The notes: generated by a model not told the origin, from the letters alone. 55,464 nt of DNA from Promethearchaeota archaeon (GCA_048938025.1 JBHLMP010000025.1:1-55464), one strand, 5' to 3'; positions 43,459-54,519 are shown, counted from the stretch's first letter. Program-made: numbers and translations.

Positions 43459-43693
43459 TTATCATTATAATAAGAGAAAACTATTATTTAAATTATTGAT
43501 TTGAATTGTAAATCTTAATATATTAATTTGGTTATAAAATCTCTTAATTTATTAAAAAATAATGCTATAAAGCTTAATAACATCTAAGAAAAACATAAAG
43601 AATTTATCACAAAAATTATATTTACCCTTAAAAGTTAATTATATTTATAAATTAGATATTTAATTTAAAACTGAAAAAGAAAATTAAAAAATA

Positions 43694-44263
43694 TTGATCG
43701 CTATGAGTTTTGCTAAATCATTTGGATTGAGCTTAGTTATTTTTATTGGACTAAATGTAATGTTTTTCTTTATTGGATACACACTCATCGATGGAGGATT
43801 AGATGCATTTTTTACTGCTCTTGAAACTGACTTGTCAGTTATTCTAGAACCATTATTTGGACCCTTATTTGGGCCAATTATTGCCGGAATACTTTACGCG
43901 GATCCTGCAATTCCAACTACAGGTATGGGCCCTGAATCAATTTTAAACGTTGCTTTAGCAGCATCTGATCTAGAACTAGGTTTTATCATATTACTGATTG
44001 GCTATGTTGCCGCTCCTTTAGTTGCTGCTATACTGGCAGGAAGATTCGCAGAGAATAAGATTGAAGCCTTATTGGGATGGTTTTTAGCCATAATGGTAAG
44101 TGTTGTTATTCTTTTAAGTTGGAGAGGTTATGCTTTGAGTGATGCGGGCAATCCAGCAGATCTTATAATAGATTTCGCGATTTTCACAGCAGGATTAGGT
44201 GTTATAATTGGTATCTTTTATGGTTGTTTTGCTTTACTTTTCACATCAACAGAATATTTTTAA
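43694..44263 (+). CDS. Integral membrane hypothetical protein
   Basis: 4-5 hydrophobic helices; start may be ATG 43703. Confidence 0.8.
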   Translation: MIAMSFAKSFGLSLVIFIGLNVMFFFIGYTLIDGGLDAFFTALETDLSVILEPLFGPLFGPIIAGILYADPAIPTTGMGPESILNVALAASDLELGFIILLIGYVAAPLVAAILAGRFAENKIEALLGWFLAIMVSVVILLSWRGYALSDAGNPADLIIDFAIFTAGLGVIIGIFYGCFALLFTSTEYF

Positions 44264-44341
44264 ATCTAATTATTCATTAAAATATCTTTTTTTCTATTAT
44301 TAAATACTTTATTCTAAAAATAGAAGATGCTTCTAATTATA

Positions 44342-44644
44342 TTAGGTTTTTCTGAGTATTTCTTTTAAATATAGTTTCATGAAATACCTTTGGCTATTGC
44401 AAAAATCAAATTTTTGCTTTTTTGTTAAAGTTGAACAATTTAGTAAGATAAGATGAAGACTTTTGATAATATCGAAATTGTCATCCAAATCATTTATAAT
44501 TTCTTTGTTTAATTGATTATGAGAATTTTTTTTAAATTGTTTCTTTAATTGAACCTCTTTCTTATCTAGACTTATTAATTCCTTGATTTTATAATTTTCT
44601 TTTACACTTTCAAATCTCTTGTTTTTAATTCTACCCGAACTCAT
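44342..44644 (-). CDS. Hypothetical protein
   Basis: 100-aa ATG ORF; no motif recognised. Confidence 0.5.
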   Translation of the reverse strand: MSSGRIKNKRFESVKENYKIKELISLDKKEVQLKKQFKKNSHNQLNKEIINDLDDNFDIIKSLHLILLNCSTLTKKQKFDFCNSQRYFMKLYLKEILRKT

Positions 44645-45093
44645 ATCTCATCTTATCAAAATTATGATTTATTTTTCCTTATTTTTTATAACAATATTCT
44701 TAAGTTTCAGATATAATATCCAAATAGAATGTATATTCCGATAGGTTCATTATTTACAATGACATTTATGGAAAAAGTATGCTTTTTCTCAGATTTTACA
44801 TATACTATTATTTTACTTATATAAATTTGAGAGCGGAGCTTTTATTAATGGATTAATAAAATAGATTCTGATAAATTCAAAGATTTTTCACACAACTGAA
44901 TTCTATATAGAAATAGGAAAGAAGGATGACAAAATTCAAATCTGAAATAAAATAAGTATTTTGAGGGCGAAATCCAATGTGAGATTGAAAGTTTTGTTTC
45001 CCTTCTTATTAATTGCTTTATATCTACCTTTAAAAACTAAACAAAAAAATATTGGAACTGATTTCTAAAAAAAAAGAAGAATATAAATGGATA

Positions 45094-45193
45094 AGAGAAG
45101 AGAATTCACGAGAAGGTTTAGATTTTCAGAAAATTTAAGATTTTAAGAGATTTTCTCATAAAGTTTTTTTTAATCCTTCTCGCAGTCCTCTCT
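45094..45193. repeat. Imperfect palindromic element, copy 1
   Basis: Arms CGAGAAGGTTTA (45109-45120) and TAATCCTTCTCG (45171-45182); outer AGAG/CTCT. Confidence 0.45.
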
Positions 45194-45394
45194 ATAAAAT
45201 AAGTGAAAATAGTGATCAATTCAGTAACTAAAAGTTTTAAAACAATTATTTAAATAACACATTTTATCTTTCTAATTTTTAGAAAAATATTAATCTTTTA
45301 CATTAAGAATTTAATTCTAAATTAGATCAATTAATTTATTTACTCCTGTAATAGTGAAGTAATTGGATAAATGGTAAAAATGGATATAAAAAGG

Positions 45395-46525
45395 TTATTC
45401 ATTTATATTTTCCTTAATAAAGCAAACTGGAATAGTTGAAATCATAATTAGAATTCCAGCAATCATGATTATTATTTCAGTATCAATATGGTTAAATAAA
45501 TATGTACCCAACGGAGTGAAAACAACATTAGCAGCTATACTAAATAAAGCCATTAATTGATAATAGAAGACTTTGTTTTGAGAAAGTTCCATCATTATTG
45601 AAAGCAAACTTATTAATAAAATGCCGGAGATAAAGAAATATAAACCATAAAATATCAAAAATATGAAAAAATCAATAAATGGGGCAAAAAAAAGAATTAT
45701 TCCGATTAGTACTGTTGATATTATTAATACATGTTTTCTATTTACCCTTTTTAAAATAATTCCGCCACAAAAATTTCCTGACACATAGATTAAAGTTAGA
45801 ACAAACCATATAAGTGAGAAAAAAGTAATACTTGACTTGAATGCAATCCATGGTTTAATTGAAAACGAAAATAACCTATCTGAACATGCTAAAAATAGAA
45901 AGATGCACATAAGAACAATTGATTTTTTTACATTCTTAAATTCTTGATTATTTCCACTATTAAATTTGTAATTAGCATCCTCATCTTTTAATAAAAAGAC
46001 AAATATTAGTATAGGTGTAGTAAGTAAAATTCCAAATATAAAAAACTGATTCCAATTTGCTGATAAATTTGTATTTATTAAAAAGAGAATTATTGGAATT
46101 AGACTTCCATTAATTGCTCCTAACTGAATAAGTAATGCATTTTTATTCTTAGTTTTAATATCTAGTGATTGTATAATCATTATTTTATTTATTCCAACAG
46201 TGATTACAGAGACAAATGCAAAAATAAAACCTAAAAAGATACCAAAGATAAAAAGCAAGTTCAGAGTTAAAATTAATAACGTAAAACTTAGAATAATTCC
46301 GAATGAACTGAAAATAATCAATGGTTTTCTTTTTGCATTTTTTCTATCAAAATAAACAGAAATTGCAACTCTTGAAAATAAGAATAAATATGAAAAGAAA
46401 AAAATAATGGAAAGCTGTGTTGTGTCAACTTGTAGTTCTGAAAAATATAATGGTAAATAACTATTTATATATACAAGAATCATTTCAGCTGTGAAGTAGG
46501 CATAAAAATATACAATAGAATTCAA
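45395..46525 (-). CDS. MFS transporter
   Basis: About 12 TM segments; DRKNAKRK and KRVNRK loop motifs. Confidence 0.85.
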   Translation of the reverse strand: MNSIVYFYAYFTAEMILVYINSYLPLYFSELQVDTTQLSIIFFFSYLFLFSRVAISVYFDRKNAKRKPLIIFSSFGIILSFTLLILTLNLLFIFGIFLGFIFAFVSVITVGINKIMIIQSLDIKTKNKNALLIQLGAINGSLIPIILFLINTNLSANWNQFFIFGILLTTPILIFVFLLKDEDANYKFNSGNNQEFKNVKKSIVLMCIFLFLACSDRLFSFSIKPWIAFKSSITFFSLIWFVLTLIYVSGNFCGGIILKRVNRKHVLIISTVLIGIILFFAPFIDFFIFLIFYGLYFFISGILLISLLSIMMELSQNKVFYYQLMALFSIAANVVFTPLGTYLFNHIDTEIIIMIAGILIMISTIPVCFIKENINE

Positions 46526-46652
46526 TTTATAAACCTCATGTGATTATTTGAGTATTCTTTAAATTTTCATTTATATAGAATTGTTTGTCAAAATGTTTAA
46601 AAACTGAATGAAAAATAAAAGCTATATATAGGTTTCAATTATAGTTGAAGCA

Positions 46653-46758
46653 AATTAAGGGAGGCACCCTTAATTATAAATATAAAATGTCAAATTCGAA
46701 TTTCAGTACCTATTAGGGGAACTTTAAAAATTCGAATTTCACTGTCATTTAGGGAACT
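46653..46758. promoter_or_regulatory. Hairpin plus tandem 36-bp repeat with palindromic cores in a divergent promoter region
   Basis: AATTAAGGG-AGGCA-CCCTTAATT; AAATTCGAATTT at 46692 and 46728, each followed by TTAGGG(G)AACT. Confidence 0.5.
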
Positions 46759-46947
46759 GTTTCTCCTTGAAAATTCATTATAATAAACCTCCTCCCCGTT
46801 TAGCAATATGTAGACTACCTTATCTACAATAACATATTTCTAGATTTATTTTTAAAGTGCCCGAAAAAATGAGTAAAAAAATTAATAAGATATTAAATAT
46901 CGTTTTGATTAATTGTATCTGATTAGGTTAGAAATATTGGATTTATT

Positions 46948-49900
46948 ATGTTAAAAAAACTAAATCTTAAAATTTTAGAAGATTTTTCGTTTGAAAAAGA
47001 TATTAGTAATTTAAATAATATATTTCAGACTGTACTAATAGAATTGCAAAATTATCTGAATTTAAGTCCTATTTTGCAAAATGTTAAAATTTTTTACAAT
47101 AAATCCAAAGTAATAGAAAATCTACAAATATCCAATATAGGAGTTAATAAGTATCTTGAGAGTGGACTCTTAGTAATAGAAATTTTAGAAAATTATAAAC
47201 AATTCTTACCAATAATCCTATTAAGAGAAGCCTATAATTGTTTTATACCTAAAAGTATTAAGGAAAATGAAGATATTCAATTTATTTTAAATCAAATTAT
47301 CCTAAAGGACTTATATAAATTACCTAAAATTTCTAATTGGAAATCACTCATTAATGAGCATATAATTGACTATGATCTATTAATAACACAGATTAATAAA
47401 TTAGATAAATTTTTAAAATTACCAGAAGCTATTCAGTTTATTTTTGAATTTATATATAGAAATGTTCCATTAATTGAAAAAGGAATGGAGGACATTTATT
47501 ATAAGATTTTTACTGAATATGCATTTAAAAGGTCTAAATCTATATATGATGATGATATTATTGAGACTTTAAGAGTATTTATTAGAATTTTCTATGATAA
47601 AGAAGGTTATAGGTATCTATATGATTATCAAAACCTTTTTGATAAGATGAAGGAAAAAGGAATTATTAAATCTTATCTGAGTAAAAAAAGATTTAATGAA
47701 AATATGAAATGGATTAACAAATTTTCGTATATTTCTCCTTCCTATCAGATTAATTGGCAAGCAATGAATATGGTAACTATTATTTTCTATTTCAATTTCA
47801 ATCCTCTTTTGGAACCAGCCAAAATTTCTAAATTTTTAGAACATATACCTTTTCTTTTATCTCCTAAATATTTAATTAATAGCATTAGAACTGAAATATC
47901 AGGTTTTTTTCTGATTCCTAAGGTATATTTAAATGATTTATTATCATTTATTGAGAAGTTATATAATTATGGATATATCCTCGAAAAGAAATGCTATATT
48001 TTTCAGAAATTTGTAAATTTTTTAAATTTGAATTATTATAGAGAATTTCATAAGGTTAAAAAAAAAATAGTTAATCTAAATCATAGTAAATATGATAAAA
48101 AATATGAAATTTCATTTGAGATGGAATATAAACCCTCTCTTTTTGAATCAAAATTATCCCTTTTAGATTGGATCATTCTTGATAGAATACGATTAGTTGC
48201 AGTAACTGGAGTTACATTTGAGAAAAGATCAGAAACATTAGGCTATTTAAAATCCGATTTAAAGGCTGAAATTCTAAGCCAAAGAGCTTTAATTAAAAAT
48301 ATAGAAGAACAAATATCAATTCTCTATTCATCTACAAAAATTGAAAAGGAAATTATAGAATTTTTAGACAATTATAAAAAATTTGGATTTTTTTATGTAA
48401 AAGGATTATTAAATGATCTTCTCATAAGCTTAAATTTGATAAAAAGGATTCTCTTAGAAAATCCTGAAATTACAGGTGAATATATGCTTAAAGAATTCTT
48501 GAGAGAAATGGGTATTTCTCAATCTATTGAAGAGAATATTATTTTTAATAGTGGTAACATAAATAGAATGATATTTGATATATTTATACCATTGTATTTT
48601 CAATCTAAAAAAAATTTTGAGCAAGAGGTTAGAAACTATCAATTTATCCATGACTTTTTTAATTTATGTAGTGATCTTAAAATTTTTAATATGAATTCGA
48701 TGAAACAGATAATAGAAGATCCTGAATTTGGGAGAACTATTTGTGATATAAAAAGGGAAAAATTTCAGAATTCCTATGATAAAGAAAAACCTCATAATAT
48801 CACAATTCAAACTATTGATGATAAATTCAAAACATATCTCAATCAAGATACGAAGTCCCCACTAATAAAACCTCTTTTAATTAATACAATTTATACAAGT
48901 ACATTCTCTAGATATTATCCTACCATTGTTCTTAAAGATACATCTGAAACACGAGATAGCTTGGAGAAAATAAAAAATTTTTTTCCAAGAGCTCTTATAA
49001 TGTATGCTAAAGACCAATTTAAAAAAAATGATAATCTAATTATTGCGCAATTTTATCTTCCAGATTTAAAATTAAAAGAAAAGGAAATTTTTATTTCAAT
49101 TATATATGGTATTTTTAAAGAAAACCTAGTAGAATTTTCAAGATTCTATTCCAGTGGATTTACTGAATTTTATTCGTTAAAAGATTTTTATGACTTTGAT
49201 AGTAATCAATTCTTTTATACTAAAGATCTATTTGACCAATATTTTCAATTCACTAGAAAAATTTTTGGAAAAGAGTTAAAAGTGCATGGAGAATCTTATA
49301 CTAATCAAAGTAAATTTTGGTTGAAAGAAAATGAGATGGTGGATTTAATTAAGCAAGTAAATACACGATTCTCAATGGAAAATATCGATCTTAACATTTC
49401 GAGATTAAATAATTTATTAGGATTTCATATTAATTTGAGAAATTTCTTGTTGGATCAGGATAAATATAAAAATGAAAAGTCAAAATCTTTCTTTATTAAT
49501 AATATTAAATCTATCAAATTTTTACCTAATCTTCAACATTTTGGATTCGGTCAATATTATATATACATTTATCCCTATAATCTAGATGAGATAGATTTCA
49601 AAATTCTATTGAGTAATTCGTTCCAAAAAATTAAATATCCTATATCAATGGACAAATCTACTTCATTATTTATTAAATATATTTGGCCCTACCAGAATCC
49701 AAACTTATCCTATGCTCATTGGCTTACTAAATCTAAAAAAGATGTTCGAGAATATTGTTTATTCCTTATAAAAAAGATTTTTCAAATCTTTCATTTTAAT
49801 TACAACCTCAGTTCAGATAATTGGATTTATGATTCAAATAGGTTCAAAATATATATGCAAAAAATCCTTTTTAATCCCAAGTATAAGGTTCAGATTGCTA

Positions 49901-50559
49901 AAATAAAGGAATTTAATACAGGAAAGTTGGCTGGTACTCATTATAGAGGACCGGATTCATCCGAATTTAAAAATTTAACAAAAATTTATAACTGGCATTC
50001 AATCGATATTAAATCATATTTACTTACAAAAAAGTTATCTATCCTCAATCCTATTATTGATCTCTTAGAAAAAGAATTAATCTTTCCATATTTAAATTTG
50101 AAAAATCTGGGTTTATTAGAAAAAATACATATTATTTTGCCAAACATAAAACAAGATCTAAATAAGCAGATAATAGAAGTATTTAGCTTTTTCAATTTAG
50201 GATTTATTTATGAAATAGAAGGCGAATACTTTATTTATGGAATGGCTGAAGAGGTAAAATTTGAAAATGGAATAATGATTAAATTATATTTCCCTGATTG
50301 TAATCTCAATGAATTTATTAAATTATTTGAATTATTATTCCACTATTTAAAAATAGAACATTATGTAATTTTAAATGATTTAGTTGATGGAAAAAATTTA
50401 CTTAAATCGATTTATGGGAATTTAAATTTTTTAAATGAATATAATCCATTAAAAAATTTAAGGTGGAACCCAAAAGATAAGATTTGGATGAATAATAAGC
50501 TTTTTAATGAGAAATTTGAACCAATTTACCATGATCTAATCCCTGAAGAAAAAGATTAG
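46948..50559 (+). CDS. Large hypothetical protein (1203 aa) with possible repeated Lrp/AsnC-like units
   Basis: Recurring segments PSYQINWQAMNM, FLPNLQHFGF, FPYLNLKNLGL; LSLLDWIIL resembles an HTH start. Confidence 0.75.
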   Translation: MLKKLNLKILEDFSFEKDISNLNNIFQTVLIELQNYLNLSPILQNVKIFYNKSKVIENLQISNIGVNKYLESGLLVIEILENYKQFLPIILLREAYNCFIPKSIKENEDIQFILNQIILKDLYKLPKISNWKSLINEHIIDYDLLITQINKLDKFLKLPEAIQFIFEFIYRNVPLIEKGMEDIYYKIFTEYAFKRSKSIYDDDIIETLRVFIRIFYDKEGYRYLYDYQNLFDKMKEKGIIKSYLSKKRFNENMKWINKFSYISPSYQINWQAMNMVTIIFYFNFNPLLEPAKISKFLEHIPFLLSPKYLINSIRTEISGFFLIPKVYLNDLLSFIEKLYNYGYILEKKCYIFQKFVNFLNLNYYREFHKVKKKIVNLNHSKYDKKYEISFEMEYKPSLFESKLSLLDWIILDRIRLVAVTGVTFEKRSETLGYLKSDLKAEILSQRALIKNIEEQISILYSSTKIEKEIIEFLDNYKKFGFFYVKGLLNDLLISLNLIKRILLENPEITGEYMLKEFLREMGISQSIEENIIFNSGNINRMIFDIFIPLYFQSKKNFEQEVRNYQFIHDFFNLCSDLKIFNMNSMKQIIEDPEFGRTICDIKREKFQNSYDKEKPHNITIQTIDDKFKTYLNQDTKSPLIKPLLINTIYTSTFSRYYPTIVLKDTSETRDSLEKIKNFFPRALIMYAKDQFKKNDNLIIAQFYLPDLKLKEKEIFISIIYGIFKENLVEFSRFYSSGFTEFYSLKDFYDFDSNQFFYTKDLFDQYFQFTRKIFGKELKVHGESYTNQSKFWLKENEMVDLIKQVNTRFSMENIDLNISRLNNLLGFHINLRNFLLDQDKYKNEKSKSFFINNIKSIKFLPNLQHFGFGQYYIYIYPYNLDEIDFKILLSNSFQKIKYPISMDKSTSLFIKYIWPYQNPNLSYAHWLTKSKKDVREYCLFLIKKIFQIFHFNYNLSSDNWIYDSNRFKIYMQKILFNPKYKVQIAKIKEFNTGKLAGTHYRGPDSSEFKNLTKIYNWHSIDIKSYLLTKKLSILNPIIDLLEKELIFPYLNLKNLGLLEKIHIILPNIKQDLNKQIIEVFSFFNLGFIYEIEGEYFIYGMAEEVKFENGIMIKLYFPDCNLNEFIKLFELLFHYLKIEHYVILNDLVDGKNLLKSIYGNLNFLNEYNPLKNLRWNPKDKIWMNNKLFNEKFEPIYHDLIPEEKD

Positions 50560-50594
50560 AAAATTATTAAAAAATTCATATATTTTCCATATTA

Positions 50595-52076
50595 ATGGTT
50601 GAAGATCAAAAATACTTTGAAGAATTTGATTCATTATTTTACCCAAAAAATATAGCTTTTATTGGAGCATCAGAGAGCTCAACTTTTGGGTCGATGATGT
50701 ATTTGTCTGCTTTTAAGGATTCAAGATGGAATAATAATTTTTATCCCGTCAATCCAAAACATACTAAAATAATGGATTGGAAATGTTATACTACTGTTTT
50801 AGATATTCCTCACCCTATAGATACGGCTTATATTTCAGTTAAAACAGAAATTATACCTAAAGTTGTTAAAGAATGTGTTGAGAAAGGTATAAAATGGTTA
50901 ATAGTTTTTGCTTCTGGATTTTCCGAAACCGGAGATCCTGAAGGAAAAAAATTGGAACAAGAACTTAAGGAAATAATTAAAGGCTCCAAAACAAGAATTA
51001 TTGGTCCAAATTGTCTAGGTCCTTATAATGCAGAAATTGGAATGGCATTTACATTTGCTTCTCAAAAAGGAATACCGGGTCCAGTTTCTTTCATGTCTCA
51101 GTCTGGGGGGCATTTAAGCCAGTTATTAGATATTGGATTTAAAAGGGATATTAGGTTTCGTTATGGAATCTCTTTTGGAAACCAAATAGATCTTAATTGT
51201 GTTGATTTCTTAAAACATTTCCGTAAAGATCCTAAAACAAAAATTGTAGCTGGCTACTTAGAAAGTTTCGGTTCTGCTAATGGTCATGATTTTTTTTTAG
51301 AGCTTAAAAAAACAACAAATATTAAGCCAGTAATATTATGGAAAGGAGGATATACAGATGATGGTTCTCGAGCAGCTTTTTCTCATACTGGAGCAATTAA
51401 TACTGATCAACGTTTATGGACTTCGATGGCTAAGCAGACTGGAGCTATAGTTGTAAAGGATAATGAACAATTTTGGAATACGATTAAAACATTTGAACTT
51501 TTATTTCCAAAATATTTCCCAAATGGAAGAAATGTCGGAATAGTAACTCCAGGAGGCGGATCTTCAGTAAACATGACAGATTTATTTGCAGATCATTTAT
51601 TAAATGTGCCAGAATTGACTCTTGAATCTCAAGTAAAATTAAGTAAAATATTACCTAAAGAAAATGTTAATATTAAGAATCCTGTTGATCTTGGAGCATC
51701 AGGTTTTGTTCTCAATATATTTATAGATTGTATTAAAAATGTAGTTAATGACTCTAATATTGACATAGTTGTTGTCCCCTTGTGGCCCCATCATCTGTAT
51801 AGCCATGTTTTTAAAAGAATGATTAAAGTTCAAAAAAAATGCTCAAAGTCTTTCATTTTTTGTTTACCTAGCATAGCAGATTCCTTTGAACTAGCACAAA
51901 GATTTAAACAAGTTAAAAAGATATTGCATGAATATCGAGTTCTCTATTTTCTTTCACTTCGGGATGCTGCAAACAGTCTTTCTTTATTATGTGATTATGC
52001 TGATTTCTTAAAATCTCATAATATTGAAATAGAAGATAAACAAGAATTTTTAAATAAGAGTTTTCTTAAAAAATAG
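50595..52076 (+). CDS. Acyl-CoA synthetase (NDP-forming) alpha-like, CoA-binding protein
   Basis: IAFIGAS, YPVNP, IIGPNCLG, SQSGG, GNQID, SHTG, NPVD. Confidence 0.88.
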   Translation: MVEDQKYFEEFDSLFYPKNIAFIGASESSTFGSMMYLSAFKDSRWNNNFYPVNPKHTKIMDWKCYTTVLDIPHPIDTAYISVKTEIIPKVVKECVEKGIKWLIVFASGFSETGDPEGKKLEQELKEIIKGSKTRIIGPNCLGPYNAEIGMAFTFASQKGIPGPVSFMSQSGGHLSQLLDIGFKRDIRFRYGISFGNQIDLNCVDFLKHFRKDPKTKIVAGYLESFGSANGHDFFLELKKTTNIKPVILWKGGYTDDGSRAAFSHTGAINTDQRLWTSMAKQTGAIVVKDNEQFWNTIKTFELLFPKYFPNGRNVGIVTPGGGSSVNMTDLFADHLLNVPELTLESQVKLSKILPKENVNIKNPVDLGASGFVLNIFIDCIKNVVNDSNIDIVVVPLWPHHLYSHVFKRMIKVQKKCSKSFIFCLPSIADSFELAQRFKQVKKILHEYRVLYFLSLRDAANSLSLLCDYADFLKSHNIEIEDKQEFLNKSFLKK

Positions 52077-52142
52077 TTCAGTTTATAAAACTGATTTTAT
52101 AATATTTATTGTTTTTTTTATCACAAGTTTCTCCCCTTGAAT

Positions 52143-52233
52143 AGAGAAAATGTTGAGAAGGTTTGTCAAAAGTTAACAATTCGCAAAAAAATAATCTCTT
52201 TCTTTAAAAGCAACTCTTCTCACATAACCTCTC
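52143..52233. repeat. Imperfect palindromic element, copy 2
   Basis: Arms TGTTGAGAAGGTTTG and CAACTCTTCTCACA; shares AGAGAA..GAGAAGGTTT with copy 1; between convergent genes. Confidence 0.4.
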
Positions 52234-52249
52234 AATTATTTGATTAAAA

Positions 52250-52759
52250 CTAAAATTTTAAATCTTTATCATGTTCACGAGCCCACTTTAAAAGATTCTT
52301 GCTTTTTTCTGGAAAATTAAGTGTTAATACTTTTGCTGCTGTATTTCTTATGGTTGGATTCTCATCTGAGAGAAGACAATTCTGAAGTATGTGAAAAGCC
52401 TCTTCGTTTTTTAAATCCAAAAGTTCGAATGCTAATAGACTATTCTTTCTAATTTCTATATGATCGCTATTTTCAATAAAAAAATTTAATAGATCAGTCG
52501 CCTCATTTTTATTCAATTTCTTTGTAGTAACATAATCATAAACTTTTGCTACGTCTAAGTCCTTATTCATAAATTCCAGAGCATCTCGATATATGAGATC
52601 AGATTTGGAATTATTATCGATTTTTAACTTTTGGATTAAATCAAATGGACAATCATGATTTTCTGGCAATCTATGATTTTTACAAAATAACATCCCACAA
52701 AATGTACATCTATATGGCAGATTTCCAATTATAGTATTACAATAATAACATTTCGCCAT
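52250..52759 (-). CDS. AN1-type zinc finger + HEAT-repeat protein
   Basis: CYYC...PYRCTFCG..FC..HRLPENHDC; LLSDENPTIRNTAAKVL. Confidence 0.85.
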   Translation of the reverse strand: MAKCYYCNTIIGNLPYRCTFCGMLFCKNHRLPENHDCPFDLIQKLKIDNNSKSDLIYRDALEFMNKDLDVAKVYDYVTTKKLNKNEATDLLNFFIENSDHIEIRKNSLLAFELLDLKNEEAFHILQNCLLSDENPTIRNTAAKVLTLNFPEKSKNLLKWAREHDKDLKF

Positions 52760-53061
52760 TTCTATGAAAAATTAAATTCAAAAGATTATATTATTATTAA
52801 TCAGATAATGAATTATTAATCTTCTTTGTGAAGTTTTTTTTTTCTTATTTTATTTAAAATACTATAATTCTAAAGATATTAATTACAGATTTAAACTTAA
52901 TTCAGGCTTGATAATTCTTGAATCTTTGATTTGCTATTATTATATTTTTTGTATTTAGGGTTGTATAGAAAAAAACCAAATTTTTAATTCAATTTACAAT
53001 TAGACTACACATACTTATTCAATATTTAATGAGGAAAAAATAAGAATATGGAGAAAATGAA

Positions 53062-54519
53062 ATGGCTCGACCGAGTCCATTAGAAGTTTATGCTCTGTTG
53101 GATAAATCGAATTGCAAAGACTGTGGATATGATACATGTATGGCATTTGCTACAGATATCCTCGAAAGAAAGGTTAAAATACAAGATTGTACACATCTAA
53201 TGCAGGAAACTAAACAATTTAAAAATCGAGAAAAGTTAATAAAACTTATAACACCTCCTCAAAAACCTGTTACAATTGGTATAGGCGATCGAGCAGTTAC
53301 TATAGGTGGCGAAGAAGTTTTAATGAGGCACCAGCTTACTTATTATAACCAATCAGCAATTTTTATAGAAGTTGCTGATGATGATTCAGATTTAGAAGAT
53401 ATTGTTAAATACCTTACAAATCTTAAAATAGAAAGGATAGGAGATGTTCTTACCCTCAATGGTATTGCTTTAAGAAATGTTTCTGGTGATAAAGAACAAT
53501 TCAAATTAGCTGCGAAAAAAATTGTAGAAATTTCAAATCTTCCGATTATGTTATGCTGTTTTAATCCAGATATACTATTAGATACTGCAGGAGAAATTAA
53601 GGATAAAAGACCATTGCTTTATGCAGCAACAAAAGATACTTGGGAACCTATAGGAAAATTTGCAGTTCAAAATTATCTGCCTGTTGCTATAGTTTCAAAT
53701 GATTTAGATGAGTTAATGTCCTTAAGCGCTACTTTACAAAAATTAGGTTTAAAAGAGATTGTACTAGATTCAGGTACGTTTTATGGCTCTGGTAAACTCT
53801 CAATTACTTATGATAATATTGTGCAATTAAGAACAGCAGCAATTGATAAAGAGAACCCCAACGCTGGTTGGCCTGTAATAGGTGTTCCTGCAGCTTATTG
53901 GAGTCAAGTCAAAGTGGAAGATGATAAAGATCTATGGCTACATCAATATCAAGAAATTATAATGGGTGCTATAATGGAATCAATAGATACTTCATTAATT
54001 GTACTCCATACAGGGCAAAGCAAGGAGGATATTTGGGCTCTCTTAGCTTTAATGACTTTACGACAATCTATCTTTAGCGATCCAAGAATATATCCCTCTG
54101 TAGATCCAGGCCTATATAAGATTGGTGAACCTGGAGAAATGGCACCGATTTTTGTCACTAGCAATTATCGTATGACTAAGATTCCTGTTGAACAGGATTT
54201 ACATGGTGCAAATCTTGATTGTTGGTTATTAGTGGTTGACACCGAAGGTATAGGGATTGAGAGCGCTGTAGCAGGAGGACAATTTAGTGCTGGTGGAATA
54301 GCAGAAGCCGTCAAAGAATTTAAAGCCTTCGAAAAGGTGAATCATAGAATATTGATTTTACCTGGTATGGCTGCTAGATTAAGTGGCGCTTTGGAGGATG
54401 AAGCAGACGGTTTTGTTGTTGTTGGCCCAAGAGATTCAAGCGGTATACCAAAATTTATGGAAACCCAATGGAAACCAGAAGAATTCATGAAAGAATACGA
54501 ATCTTGGGAAAAGGAATAA
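53062..54519 (+). CDS. cdhE: CODH/ACS complex gamma subunit (corrinoid Fe-S protein large subunit)
   Basis: NCKDCGYDTCMAFA, IGGEEVLMRH, IFSDP, VDTEGIGIESAVAG, LPGMAARLSG, VGPRDSSGIP. Confidence 0.95.
   Translation: MARPSPLEVYALLDKSNCKDCGYDTCMAFATDILERKVKIQDCTHLMQETKQFKNREKLIKLITPPQKPVTIGIGDRAVTIGGEEVLMRHQLTYYNQSAIFIEVADDDSDLEDIVKYLTNLKIERIGDVLTLNGIALRNVSGDKEQFKLAAKKIVEISNLPIMLCCFNPDILLDTAGEIKDKRPLLYAATKDTWEPIGKFAVQNYLPVAIVSNDLDELMSLSATLQKLGLKEIVLDSGTFYGSGKLSITYDNIVQLRTAAIDKENPNAGWPVIGVPAAYWSQVKVEDDKDLWLHQYQEIIMGAIMESIDTSLIVLHTGQSKEDIWALLALMTLRQSIFSDPRIYPSVDPGLYKIGEPGEMAPIFVTSNYRMTKIPVEQDLHGANLDCWLLVVDTEGIGIESAVAGGQFSAGGIAEAVKEFKAFEKVNHRILILPGMAARLSGALEDEADGFVVVGPRDSSGIPKFMETQWKPEEFMKEYESWEKE

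Noticed and set aside
46692-46758. Mini-CRISPR or replication origin (ORB)
   Set aside because: Only two units with no unique spacers, no cas or cdc6 nearby, and a poor match to the ORB consensus
30159-54164. Remaining antisense ORFs (30159, 33092, 38586, 41292, 41676, 48454, 48664, 49986, 53949)
   Set aside because: All lie within longer supported CDSs on the opposite strand
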